Below, piece after piece: positions 7,143-16,802 of a stretch of DNA of 64,000 nt. The stretch spans positions 9-64,008 of the forward strand of contig CAUZAW010000001.1 of the NCBI GenBank assembly GCA_963577735.1, read 5' to 3'. The position numbers and the translations under genes were made by a program. The number at the start of each line of letters is the position of its first letter. The first letter of the stretch is position 1. Source of the DNA: Phycisphaerae bacterium (GTDB lineage Bacteria; Planctomycetota; Phycisphaerae; Phycisphaerales; Phycisphaeraceae). A model generated the notes under the pieces. The model saw nothing but the letters and a program-made list of their open reading frames with translations. It made no database searches and was not told the DNA's origin.

Positions 7143-7991
7143 CTAATTCTTGACAGTTAATAAATTTGTGCCTTGGCAATACAAGCAAAACACCGTTGTC
7201 CTGCCAGCTATCCGGCATATTGAAAGCAATCGCCGGCATTTTTTACATGGTTTGCCCCCACGCCCGTAAACTTGGTGAAGCAACTGAAAACTTCCTTGGC
7301 GACCGTTACCGTCCACATAATCCCTCAGAGTTGACCCCCCGGCAGTTACAGCCCGCTCAAGTATTCGGCGCATACCGCGGACCATCCGTTGTGCACAAGC
7401 CTTGGTTAAGGCTGCAGCTGGATCCAGTGGACAGACTCGACAGGCAAACAGTAGCTCGTCTACGTAGATGTTGCCCAGGCCGGCTACAACATGTTGGTCT
7501 AGCAAGGCGCTTTTTATAGCGCGGTTTGTACGTGTCAGTTTTTCGTAAAGTTCTTTAGTTGTGATAGTTGTGGCATCTGGTCCAAGATTTTTCCATCGCT
7601 GCAGCCAAAGATCTTCTTGGCGAGTAAACGTCCACAGGCCACCAAACCGGCGAGGATCACGGAAGACCAGTTGGCCGCCACACTCAAAGCGCCAAGTGAC
7701 GTGGCAATGATCATCCGGAACGATTCTTTTTTCTCTCTGGCGAAAAAATCGCAATGAACCCGTCATACCAAGGTGGACGCACACGCAAGCCTGATCACCT
7801 GCGGAAATCAGGCACAACTGTTTGCCATGCCGATCGATGTGTTCAATACGCTTGCCGACAAGCAGCGCTTTTGGCTTTGCGGACCCATGTACGACATCTC
7901 GCCTGCGGATATGCCGCGAGGATACCGTTTTACCCACAACTGTTGCCATCAGGGTGCGACGGACACGCTCGACTTCAGGTAATTCCGGCAT
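7143..7991 (-). CDS. mutM: Formamidopyrimidine-DNA glycosylase
   Basis: N-terminal MPELPEVE with catalytic Pro2, an H2TH region, and a C-terminal zinc finger CKKC...CLYC. Confidence 0.92.
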   Translation of the reverse strand: MPELPEVERVRRTLMATVVGKTVSSRHIRRRDVVHGSAKPKALLVGKRIEHIDRHGKQLCLISAGDQACVCVHLGMTGSLRFFRQREKRIVPDDHCHVTWRFECGGQLVFRDPRRFGGLWTFTRQEDLWLQRWKNLGPDATTITTKELYEKLTRTNRAIKSALLDQHVVAGLGNIYVDELLFACRVCPLDPAAALTKACAQRMVRGMRRILERAVTAGGSTLRDYVDGNGRQGSFQLLHQVYGRGGKPCKKCRRLLSICRIAGRTTVFCLYCQGTNLLTVKN

Positions 7992-8159
7992 CGACTCGAT
8001 TGTATACTCAGAAAGAGGTGTCTGTGAGCCCGTGAACTTGCTGTCAGGACAGCCTGCGAGTGAAAAGAAAACACCGAGGGATTGGTGCCTTGATCCGCAA
8101 GGGAGACTTGCGAATCAGATCAGCAGAGTAATTGCCGGCTCCACGCACCGCCCAGCCGG

Positions 8160-9683
8160 TTACGGCGCAGCCATCTCGATTGGTTGATAGGCCTGATCAA
8201 CTAAGGCCACGATTCTTTCCTGAACGGCCTTTATCGTTGAGATCGGTACTTGCTTGTTGATTTCGTTGAATACCAAACTGAAGGCGATCACATGGTATGA
8301 CGAGCCATCCTTGACGCCAGGCCGGACAAGGTAGCCGCTTAGGGCACTTACTCCGCTGATGTAGCCACTTTTGGCGTACACTTTTCCGGATAACGGTCCG
8401 AGGAACCTCCTCCTGAGCGTGCCGGTTTCGCCTCCCACCGCCAAGGTCTGCATGTAGTCGTACCCGAGCTTGCGGTCTGCGTACATGTTTTGCAGTAACC
8501 TGACGATGAGGCGTGGAGTCACGCGGTTGTCTCGGCTCAGCCCGCTGCCGTCGGCAATGCTGATCACCGCCGCAGTAATGCCTAGTCGCTTACCCAAAAA
8601 GTGGCGGACAGCCGAAGCCCCGTTGCTCCAGGTGCCGGCAGTGCCGGTGTACGCCCGGCCCATGCGTTTGAGCAGTGCCTCGGCGTAAAGGTTCTGCGAT
8701 TGGCGGTTGCAGCGGGTTAGTACCTCGTGCAGCGTCGTCTGTGCTTCGTAAAGTACTCGACCGTCCGGAAGGATTTCACCGTTGCGAACACGGCGTGTTT
8801 CAGCTACCGGGATACCGGCTTTACCCAGGCGGTCCGCAAGCAGATGGGCAAAATAAATTGGCGGGTCATGCACGGTGACCTGCAGCGGCTCGTTGCGCCT
8901 GGAGGTCACGCCGCCGCCGAACTTGAAAAGGTTGGTACCCATCTTACGATCAATCCAGAAGCTATCCTTGGCGGCCGTGACTGCGAAGTTGCTGGTCTGC
9001 ACAAACGGGGAAATCGGTCGCAGCAAGATACGCGGTGTATTGCCGAGCTTGCGCGGCCGCGGGTAAATGTGAACCACGTTGTTGTGAAAATTGATGCCAG
9101 CCACCTGAGCGCAATAGTGTTTCGTCAATTGATCCTGGGGCCAAGATGGGTGGACGAACTGCCTGTCGAAGACCCGGTCGTCAACAAGAAGCTGACTGAC
9201 ATCGGCCACGCCGGCCTTCTTGACCACGCTGACCCATTCCTGAAGCAGTTGCTCAGGGGCGAGCCCATGCTCTTTGAGCACTTTTGGATCACCGAACGCT
9301 GGGTCGCCATCTCCTCGCACCACCAATGCAGTGCCCGCAGGCGACGGGTTGGACTTGTCTGTGGCACTGCGGCTTGTCCAGTCAGCGGCACCGATCAAGT
9401 GTAGTTGCGTGGCGAACTTGAAGTCTGTCCCGAAAATCTCCAGCGCAGCGGCCGAGGTAATCAGCTTCATGTTGCTGGCTGGAAGCATCTGTAGATCTGC
9501 ATTGATCGAGGCCAATTCCGTTTTATCGTTTAGATCAAAAATGTAGATTGCTGTGACTGCGTTGCCCAGGTCGTGGCCGCGGATCAGGTCCTGAACCTGC
9601 GCCTGGACGCTACGCCCTCCAGCCTGCGCGGATAGCATCGCGATGATTAGGCAAACAATGTATGGGACGGATCGCACAGGCAT
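8160..9683 (-). CDS. D-alanyl-D-alanine carboxypeptidase/endopeptidase, PBP4 (peptidase S13) family
   Basis: Signal peptide, an SNMK (SxxK) motif in ASNMKLITSAAAL, ADGSGLS, and KSGYISGVSALSGY (KTG-like). Confidence 0.85.
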   Translation of the reverse strand: MPVRSVPYIVCLIIAMLSAQAGGRSVQAQVQDLIRGHDLGNAVTAIYIFDLNDKTELASINADLQMLPASNMKLITSAAALEIFGTDFKFATQLHLIGAADWTSRSATDKSNPSPAGTALVVRGDGDPAFGDPKVLKEHGLAPEQLLQEWVSVVKKAGVADVSQLLVDDRVFDRQFVHPSWPQDQLTKHYCAQVAGINFHNNVVHIYPRPRKLGNTPRILLRPISPFVQTSNFAVTAAKDSFWIDRKMGTNLFKFGGGVTSRRNEPLQVTVHDPPIYFAHLLADRLGKAGIPVAETRRVRNGEILPDGRVLYEAQTTLHEVLTRCNRQSQNLYAEALLKRMGRAYTGTAGTWSNGASAVRHFLGKRLGITAAVISIADGSGLSRDNRVTPRLIVRLLQNMYADRKLGYDYMQTLAVGGETGTLRRRFLGPLSGKVYAKSGYISGVSALSGYLVRPGVKDGSSYHVIAFSLVFNEINKQVPISTIKAVQERIVALVDQAYQPIEMAAP

Positions 9684-9745
9684 TGTCGACTTCGAGGGTT
9701 GCCCTATAAAACAGTTAACTGCAGAGCGACAGATCCGGGGTTATT

Positions 9746-10636
9746 TTACGGTTTCCAGTATGCCCAGCGTCGAAGTCCGCGTAGCTTGTAGCTGGTGCCT
9801 TCTGGACCTTCGTATCGGACCATAACGGGTAACCACGGTGCGGATTGCTCGGCGGCGAACCAGTAGTGATGTATCGGTGGTTTCCCCTCCCCGCCTTGCA
9901 ACGCAACGCTTAGGTTGTAATTGAAAGTCACATGGTGCGTGTCTACTTGGCCTACCGGCAGTTTGAGCGTTTCAAAACCGACATATTTAACGGTGCCCGC
10001 TTGCGGCCGTGGCCTGCTGGCGAGGCTGGATGTTTGATCCGGCACCACCATTAGCGATAGATCCGTCGGGGCATCAAACGGATAGCCCCGAAGCACCAAG
10101 CTTAACGCGTCCTGAAACACAAAGTTTTTCGTTGGTAGGTACTGTCCAGAGCGGCGTCCTTCGTTGGGAAAGTACGAAAACTGATACCACTGGCATGTGC
10201 CTGCGTGGTTGACAAATTGCTTGAACGTGGCGCCGCAGTCCTCCTGAGAGCCCATGTCGATCTTGAGGCTCTTGAGATCAGTTGTACCGACGTAACACAT
10301 CGTGGAGTAGTGAATGGTGTAGTTTTGTGTGGCGATGTCTTCTCGCATGTGATGTTTGAACACTTCGCGACCGCGACCAGTGGCGCTTTTGGTTTTCGTC
10401 TGTTTGTCTGCCAGTTCCTTGTTGGTATACAAGCGTGCGGTGTAACGTCGCGATTGGCCGTAGATTTCTCGCGTGGCTTCATAGACGGCCAACTCCGCTT
10501 GGCCGTCGTGCCAAACAGGATTTTCCCGCCAAGCCCGGGTGAATGCCGCGAAGGGATCGGGATCGAGTTGTGATCTGCCACAAGCAATTGGCACGATCAC
10601 GAGTGCCGAAGAAATTATCAGCAACAACCGTTTCAT
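9746..10636 (-). CDS. Hypothetical lipoprotein
   Basis: Has MKRLLLIISSALVIVPIAC, a signal peptide with a lipobox-like Cys. No motif recognised. Its ATG overlaps the stop of the upstream GT4 gene (ATGA). Confidence 0.6.
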   Translation of the reverse strand: MKRLLLIISSALVIVPIACGRSQLDPDPFAAFTRAWRENPVWHDGQAELAVYEATREIYGQSRRYTARLYTNKELADKQTKTKSATGRGREVFKHHMREDIATQNYTIHYSTMCYVGTTDLKSLKIDMGSQEDCGATFKQFVNHAGTCQWYQFSYFPNEGRRSGQYLPTKNFVFQDALSLVLRGYPFDAPTDLSLMVVPDQTSSLASRPRPQAGTVKYVGFETLKLPVGQVDTHHVTFNYNLSVALQGGEGKPPIHHYWFAAEQSAPWLPVMVRYEGPEGTSYKLRGLRRWAYWKP

Positions 10637-11829
10637 GGCGGACTCCTGCGCTGGGATGCAGAGACGTTCGAGTATCGGCCAATCAGCCGCTCAAACAGAC
10701 CGGCGTATTGATCGTGCATTTGTTGCTGCGTGAAATGTTCCAGTAAGCGTTGTCGCCCGGCCCTGCCCATGGCCGCTCGGCGGTCACGGTCGTCTAGCAG
10801 GGCCACCAGGTTTGTAGACAGTGCGCGATCATCACCGCGTGGCGACAGCAATCCGCTTTCGCCGCCGGCGATCACCTCCCGATTGCCGCCTACATCAGTC
10901 GCCGCGATGGGCAGCTGGGCCGCCATTGCCTCCAGCAGGGTCAGGGAAATGCCTTCCGAGAGGCTGCTGAGTACAAACAGGTCCGCAGCCGCCATCAGCC
11001 GGGACACGTCGTCACGCTCACCAAGAAACCGCACACCGTTGGCCACGCCGAGCTGCTTTGCCAATGCCTGCGATTCGCTGCGTTTCTGGCCTTCGCCGGC
11101 CAGCAACAGGCAGGCATTGGGTATTTGCGAAGTCATGTGCGCAAAGGCGCGGATCGACGTGGCGTGGTCCTTGACCGGGTGAAAGCGGGCAACTTGTAGC
11201 ACCACCGGCTGATCGGTCGCCAGGTTGAATTCATCGCGGACCTCCACCCGCGCCTTGACAGCCTGTTGGGCGTCCAACGGCGCCGGGTCGACGCCATTGT
11301 AAATCACCTCGATCCGCTGATCGGCGATACCTTCGTTATGGACCAGTGCCTGCTTAACGAACTGGCCTACGGCTATCACACAATCACCGCCGCGCAACAA
11401 TACTTTGTTGGCCAAGACGCGTTTGACTTTACGCTGATCGGGGTAGTGTCGTCCGTGCTCGGTGAAAATAATCGGCGGTTGGGCCCGGGGCAGGCGGGAC
11501 AGTGCAGACCAGAAAAAGGGCGTGTATTGATGGGCGTGCAGCAGGTCAACGCCATACTGTTTGATCCTCCGGCCTAGGCGCCAAGCGATTGGCCAATCCA
11601 CGCCGGGCTGGCGGTGCAAATGCAGTACGTCAAATCCCTCCCCGGCCAGCTGTTCGCCCAACGGCCCGATTTCGTCGAGGCATAAAAAAACAAAGCGATA
11701 TCGGTCAACCAACTTTCGGGCCAGGCCTGCGGCCAGCACTTCTGCACCGGCGATATACAGCTTATGCAGCACTTGGGCTATCACGGGGCGGGTATCGTTC
11801 ATGATGGTCGGTCGCAGTGGTCGGGCCAA
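10633..11829 (-). CDS. Glycosyltransferase family 4 (GT-B, group 1)
   Basis: Has the C-terminal EGISLTLLEAMAAQLPIAATDVGG (E-x7-E region) typical of GT4. Confidence 0.85.
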   Translation of the reverse strand: MARPLRPTIMNDTRPVIAQVLHKLYIAGAEVLAAGLARKLVDRYRFVFLCLDEIGPLGEQLAGEGFDVLHLHRQPGVDWPIAWRLGRRIKQYGVDLLHAHQYTPFFWSALSRLPRAQPPIIFTEHGRHYPDQRKVKRVLANKVLLRGGDCVIAVGQFVKQALVHNEGIADQRIEVIYNGVDPAPLDAQQAVKARVEVRDEFNLATDQPVVLQVARFHPVKDHATSIRAFAHMTSQIPNACLLLAGEGQKRSESQALAKQLGVANGVRFLGERDDVSRLMAAADLFVLSSLSEGISLTLLEAMAAQLPIAATDVGGNREVIAGGESGLLSPRGDDRALSTNLVALLDDRDRRAAMGRAGRQRLLEHFTQQQMHDQYAGLFERLIGRYSNVSASQRRSPP

Positions 11830-11935
11830 GAGTATATCGACGGCGGATGTTGCCTCTATCGGCCAATCGATTGTGCGGTGTTCAGCACCCGTTCGGCTGT
11901 GACCGGCAGAGGCGTAGTCGTCAGAAGAAAGTGAT

Positions 11936-12946
11936 GTGCCGATAAGGGATATTGATGTGCCACGGCATCAAGTATATGGAGCATGGCAGGTGACACGGCG
12001 TTCGCAATGGTTACCGGATCGTCTGCGCTGCTGGTTGGATCAGCGACGGATTCAAAACGCGTTGCGCCATCTTGATGCCACACGCCCCTTCCCGGCCGCC
12101 GATCCGCACCGAGCCGATGCCGAGGTACACATGCTGTTATGTCGGCGCGATTTGGCATTGGGCGTGTTGGCGCTCAAGTCGCTGCTTCGATTTGAGCCGG
12201 ATCGATTGGCGGTGATGGTCAGCGATGACGGCACGCTTTCGCCGTCGGACCGTCAGTGGGTGCAACGTCATGTACCCAATTGTGGCTGGCTCGCTTGGCC
12301 CGCCCGGGTGCCTGTGATCGAACAGGCGATCGCAATGCGGCCAGCGACAGCAAGTCTTTACCACGGTGGCCGGTTTCCGTTGATCTGTAAAGTGCTGCAT
12401 CCCATCGCTGCTGCGCGATGTGAAAATGTAATCGTGCTCGACCCGGACACCGCTTTTTTTATGCCGCCGCGACAGCTACTGCAATGGGTCCGTGGTCGAG
12501 AACACACACCGTTGTACATGCACGATCGCCAGGACGAGGCCGTGACAGTGACGCCCCAGCTTCGCCGGTCATTCAATCAACTGTTACCGCAGGTCGCCAG
12601 CAGCAACCATACCTATGAGCTGGCGTATTGGCTTTTCAACTCAGGGCTGCTCGCTTTCGAGCCATCGCAATTGGATTTGGATATTGCCGAGCGTTATTTC
12701 CAATGGTCCAAGGGCCATGCCTATCGCGACCGGCGGGATAGGATGAGCATATGGTTCGGGTATTGGACGCGTGAGCAGACCGCCTATCAGTTCATGTTCG
12801 CCGCGGCCGAACCTCGGCCCCAGCCATTCGGCGATGAGTATTTTCTGGGTGGCGGCAGCGGATACGCGTTCAACCATTTCTTGCGACATTACCTGGTGCG
12901 TGATGAAACGCTAGACCAGTTGCGTGAATTGATCGAGCAACTGTAG
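11936..12946 (+). CDS. Hypothetical protein, possibly a GT-A-fold (DxD) transferase
   Basis: Long ORF in the glycan region. VMVSDDGT and VIVLDPDTAFF are reminiscent of nucleotide-sugar-binding/DxD motifs. The assignment is weak. Confidence 0.45.
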   Translation: MPIRDIDVPRHQVYGAWQVTRRSQWLPDRLRCWLDQRRIQNALRHLDATRPFPAADPHRADAEVHMLLCRRDLALGVLALKSLLRFEPDRLAVMVSDDGTLSPSDRQWVQRHVPNCGWLAWPARVPVIEQAIAMRPATASLYHGGRFPLICKVLHPIAAARCENVIVLDPDTAFFMPPRQLLQWVRGREHTPLYMHDRQDEAVTVTPQLRRSFNQLLPQVASSNHTYELAYWLFNSGLLAFEPSQLDLDIAERYFQWSKGHAYRDRRDRMSIWFGYWTREQTAYQFMFAAAEPRPQPFGDEYFLGGGSGYAFNHFLRHYLVRDETLDQLRELIEQL

Positions 12947-12971
12947 CCGTGGCGGACTAATCGCCAGAAGT

Positions 12972-14303
12972 CTACGCAGGCAGTGGCTTACTCTCGTTTG
13001 GCGCAGGAATGTCTTTGGGTTCGGGCGTCGCCTGACGGGGCGGTGTATCCTGGGCGACACGGTCAACATACGCCACGGTGCACAGTCCCAGCAGGCTGAT
13101 GATAAAGCCTGTTTCCACTGATTCCATGCCGATGAACGTACTGCAAACGAGAAACCCGCCGAGGCTGATACAGACCATGTGCCCGTAATATCGCGGCCAA
13201 CCCAGTCGCTTGGCGGTTTGGGTCGCCGCCATTGTGAAGGTCTTGTACATCGTCCCCAAGTAAAAGACCGCCAAGCCAAACATGCCAATGAAGCCGTAGT
13301 CAGCCCCGGTCTGGAGAAACAGGTTGTGCGCGCTCTTTTGTCCTGCTAGGCCGTATCGTGGTGCCAGCATATTGAAGTTTCGCGGCCCGACGCCCAATGG
13401 GTAGTCCAGCATGCATTGCCAGGCAGCGCTCCAGGCCAGGAAACGGCTCTGGGCTGAGTTGTCACGCTGCTCGGTGTCCAGAAAGATGGTCATAAACCGC
13501 TCGCGCACCTGCTCGCCAGCGAAATGCAGTCCAAAAATCAAGAACATGATCGCCAGGCAGATCGTGACGCCCTTTCGTGGCAACATGAGCATGGCAACGA
13601 TGAACATGGTAATGCCCATCAGCACCAAACCGAGTTGTCCGCTGCGCGAGAAGCTAAACAGTACGACGTGTACTTCCATGGCCACTGCCGCTAGACACAG
13701 CAGCTTAACCCACCTTTTCTTGGAGGCAATAGCGATGAAAAACGCCAGTGGTATGCCCATCACCATGGTCATGGCGATTCCGTTGTTATCCACGCCCCCG
13801 AAGCCGACCCAATACACGCTGTTCCAATTATCAAAGTAGTACGAGCTGTTAAATACCCACGCCAGGTAACCGAGCACGGCAGTGATCAAGTAAACAAAGC
13901 CGTGTATGCCTTTGGCGTTGCGGATCAGCGTGACGGTGACTAGGGCCATGAGCCCGATCTTTAACTGGAGGCTCAGAAAGCCCCAGGCCCGCTCGTAGTT
14001 GACCGAGGTCATCTGCCACGCCGCAGTGCCGGCCAGCAGATAGACGCACAGGCCGATCATCGGCAACCGGATCGATCGCAGCCCGTCGAACTTGCCGAAC
14101 CCACTGCCGGCCCAGCCGACCAGCGTGGCCAACGCCACATAGAAACTCAACCGCGGAAACGGCCAATGGTTCCAGTGCCACAGGTGCAGCGGGCGAATAA
14201 CGGCGAACCCGTAGTACACCATCAGCCCAAACAGCGGGTTGAACCATCCGAAGAGGATTCCTGCCAGCGCGGCCACATGCGTGAATAACCAGCCAAGTTC
14301 CAT
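12972..14303 (-). CDS. O-antigen ligase / Wzy-like polymerase family membrane protein
   Basis: About 10-12 hydrophobic segments. Has LFSFSRSGQLGL, the Wzy_C/O-antigen-ligase signature region, and a large loop. Confidence 0.8.
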   Translation of the reverse strand: MELGWLFTHVAALAGILFGWFNPLFGLMVYYGFAVIRPLHLWHWNHWPFPRLSFYVALATLVGWAGSGFGKFDGLRSIRLPMIGLCVYLLAGTAAWQMTSVNYERAWGFLSLQLKIGLMALVTVTLIRNAKGIHGFVYLITAVLGYLAWVFNSSYYFDNWNSVYWVGFGGVDNNGIAMTMVMGIPLAFFIAIASKKRWVKLLCLAAVAMEVHVVLFSFSRSGQLGLVLMGITMFIVAMLMLPRKGVTICLAIMFLIFGLHFAGEQVRERFMTIFLDTEQRDNSAQSRFLAWSAAWQCMLDYPLGVGPRNFNMLAPRYGLAGQKSAHNLFLQTGADYGFIGMFGLAVFYLGTMYKTFTMAATQTAKRLGWPRYYGHMVCISLGGFLVCSTFIGMESVETGFIISLLGLCTVAYVDRVAQDTPPRQATPEPKDIPAPNESKPLPA

Positions 14304-14634
14304 GTGTTGAGGTCGCCGCGCATCGTATGCTGCGCGTTCCGATAATTACCCAGTGTTGAGTCTCACCGAATCAGAGCAGTCTATGCAAGCTTTTCGACCA
14401 GTTCGACCGGATGCTGAAATGCCCCCGTTGCGCACCATCAGCAACCGTATCGGCTGGGCCTAGTGCAATAGCGGCCAGAATCAGTAATGCCATCGGTGCG
14501 CAACCGTCCTATACTTTTGCGTCGAAGCTCCGCATGAGCAGGTTATCGGAAGCAGCCGCGACGCGGGAGTGTACGGCGGCGGCTGTAGGCAGGATCAAGA
14601 TGCGGCACGGCTTTCGTCCGAAAGAATAAGCATC

Positions 14635-15789
14635 TTGCGCATCGGCATCTTTACCAACGTGTTAACCCACAGGCCATCCGGGATCGGGTGGCACGTGATT
14701 AATCTACTCAAACATTTGGCGGCTATCGACCGGCAGAACGAGTATTTTCTCTTTTATCGTAAGCGGCCGGGTGACGCCAGCCAGTTGCGTTTCTGTCCGG
14801 ACGTGCCGCAGTTTCACAAAGTACCTGTTCCGGCAGCGGATTTTTTTTACAAACGCTATTTCCGCGTGTTTGACCGGTACCTGTTGCCCCGCGCTATTGC
14901 CCGACACGGCATCGATGTGTTCCACGGGCCCAACCACTATCTTCCCCCGAAGCGGAAAGCCGCACAGGTGGTGACTTATCACGATCTGGCCGAGACGAAA
15001 TTTCAACTCGACGGGCCCGATCAGCAGGCCGTAGCGCGGCAGGTGGTACAGCGGACGCTCGATCGTGCCGACTACGTGATTGCCGTCTCGCGGTGTACTA
15101 GGCGCGACGCCCTTGAGTTCAACTTTGATGAGTCGCGTGTGCAGGCCATCTACCAGGGCGCCAACCTTGATGGCCTTGGGCCGGCATCGCCACGGCTCAT
15201 TGAGCAGACCAAGCAGCAGTTTGGTCTGGAGGGGCGATATGTGCTGTTCGTCGGCTCAGTCGTCGCGCGAAAAAACATAGGAGTTCTTTTGCGGGCCTAC
15301 GCGCAGTTATGCGGCAGGATGCCTGAATGTCCACCGCTCGTGTTGGCCGGCGCCAATGACACCGATGAGTACGACCGGCTTAAGGCGTTGGCGGGCACAC
15401 TGGGCATTTCTGCTATGTTGCGCTGGACCGGATACCTGGGCAGCGAGCAGCTTCGCGGTTTGTATGCAGGTGCGAGTTTGTTTGTACTTCCGTCGTTGTA
15501 CGAGGGATTCGGCATGCCGGTATTGGAGGCCATGGTCCACGGCGTGCCCGCGATTGCGGCCCGGTCCGGCGCGTTGGGGGAGGTGGTTGCTGATGCGGGC
15601 CTATTGGTTGATCCGAACGATGACGAGGGGCTGGCCCAGGCCATGGAAAAGGTGTTGAGTGATACTGCCTTGGCGTCAAACTTGATAGCGCGCGGCAGGT
15701 CGCATTCTGTCAGCCCGCAATTCAGTTGGCGCAACTGCGCCCAGCAGACCTTGGCGGTGTACGAACGTTTGGCGCGGGACGGGACATAG
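14635..15789 (+). CDS. Glycosyltransferase family 4
   Basis: Has EGFGMPVLEAMVHGVPAIAARSGALGE. The track ORF starts at 14569. In-frame TTG 14635 gives the typical MRIGIFTN... N-terminus. Confidence 0.85.
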   Translation: MRIGIFTNVLTHRPSGIGWHVINLLKHLAAIDRQNEYFLFYRKRPGDASQLRFCPDVPQFHKVPVPAADFFYKRYFRVFDRYLLPRAIARHGIDVFHGPNHYLPPKRKAAQVVTYHDLAETKFQLDGPDQQAVARQVVQRTLDRADYVIAVSRCTRRDALEFNFDESRVQAIYQGANLDGLGPASPRLIEQTKQQFGLEGRYVLFVGSVVARKNIGVLLRAYAQLCGRMPECPPLVLAGANDTDEYDRLKALAGTLGISAMLRWTGYLGSEQLRGLYAGASLFVLPSLYEGFGMPVLEAMVHGVPAIAARSGALGEVVADAGLLVDPNDDEGLAQAMEKVLSDTALASNLIARGRSHSVSPQFSWRNCAQQTLAVYERLARDGT

Positions 15790-15791
15790 CC

Positions 15792-16802
15792 TCAGCCTCG
15801 TCCGATCAACCGATCCATACCGTCTTTGAATTTGTAGAGCCAAGCCGGACGTGAAGCTTTCTGCTCGACTTTGGCGAAGTTATCGTCGAAGAAGTCCAGG
15901 TCTTTGGCCAGTTCACACAGTTGTTTGGCCGCCATGAGCTGACGTTGCCAGAACAATGCCTGCGCCCGGCCCAGCAGGAACGTGGCGGCGCGGCGGCGAG
16001 CATCGGCCTCATTGACCCCCAGTTCATGCCCGTAACGACGAGCGAAATCGATCTGCACCCGACAGTGATAGCTGAAGGTGTGCTTGAGGTTGGCCGGCGC
16101 CATTGCGTTGTTCCCGGCGTGGAACCGGTACCGAAGTTGCGCGGTGTCGATGTACGCAAACTGGCTCAGCCGAGCGATACGCAATGTCAAATCGTAGTCC
16201 TGCGCCCGGACAAGTTCGGGATCGAACGGTTGGCCATGCGGCTCGGCCGCTGCAGCCTCGGCCAGAACATCGTGGCGCACCATCACTGTAGAAAAAATCA
16301 CCTGCATCTCGTTAAGCAGTGTATCGGCGCACCAGCCCGTACACGGATTGTCCGGCCGCTGCGGTGACGAGTCTGCTCCGTGCATGAATTGTCCCGCCGA
16401 GTCGATATACCGGAATGAAGTGTGCACCAGGCCCACTTGCGGTTCGGTGCGCATCACGTCCAATTGTTGTTGTAGTTTGTTGGGCTCGAATAGGTCGTCA
16501 TCGTCGAGAAAGGCGATAAACGGCGCGGTTGCAGTTTTGATCGCAGCGTTCCGCGCCACCGCCTGCCCCTGGTTTTTCTGGCGCAGGAAGCGGGTTACGC
16601 TTTTCTGATTCGAATGTTGCTCGGCGTAAGACTTGGCTACCTCTGCGGTATTATCCACAGAACCGTCATCTACAACGATAATTTCAATGCGCCCGTCAAA
16701 TTGTTGTCTCATGACCGAATCAATTGCTGCCCTCAAGTAAGCAGCGCGATTGTGCGTTGGGATGATTACGGCCACGTCTGGTTGGTGGGTATGGGCGGTC
16801 AT
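15792..16802 (-). CDS. Glycosyltransferase family 2
   Basis: Has VAVIIPTHNRAAYLRAAIDSVMRQ...IIVVDDGSVDNT. Confidence 0.88.
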   Translation of the reverse strand: MTAHTHQPDVAVIIPTHNRAAYLRAAIDSVMRQQFDGRIEIIVVDDGSVDNTAEVAKSYAEQHSNQKSVTRFLRQKNQGQAVARNAAIKTATAPFIAFLDDDDLFEPNKLQQQLDVMRTEPQVGLVHTSFRYIDSAGQFMHGADSSPQRPDNPCTGWCADTLLNEMQVIFSTVMVRHDVLAEAAAAEPHGQPFDPELVRAQDYDLTLRIARLSQFAYIDTAQLRYRFHAGNNAMAPANLKHTFSYHCRVQIDFARRYGHELGVNEADARRRAATFLLGRAQALFWQRQLMAAKQLCELAKDLDFFDDNFAKVEQKASRPAWLYKFKDGMDRLIGRG

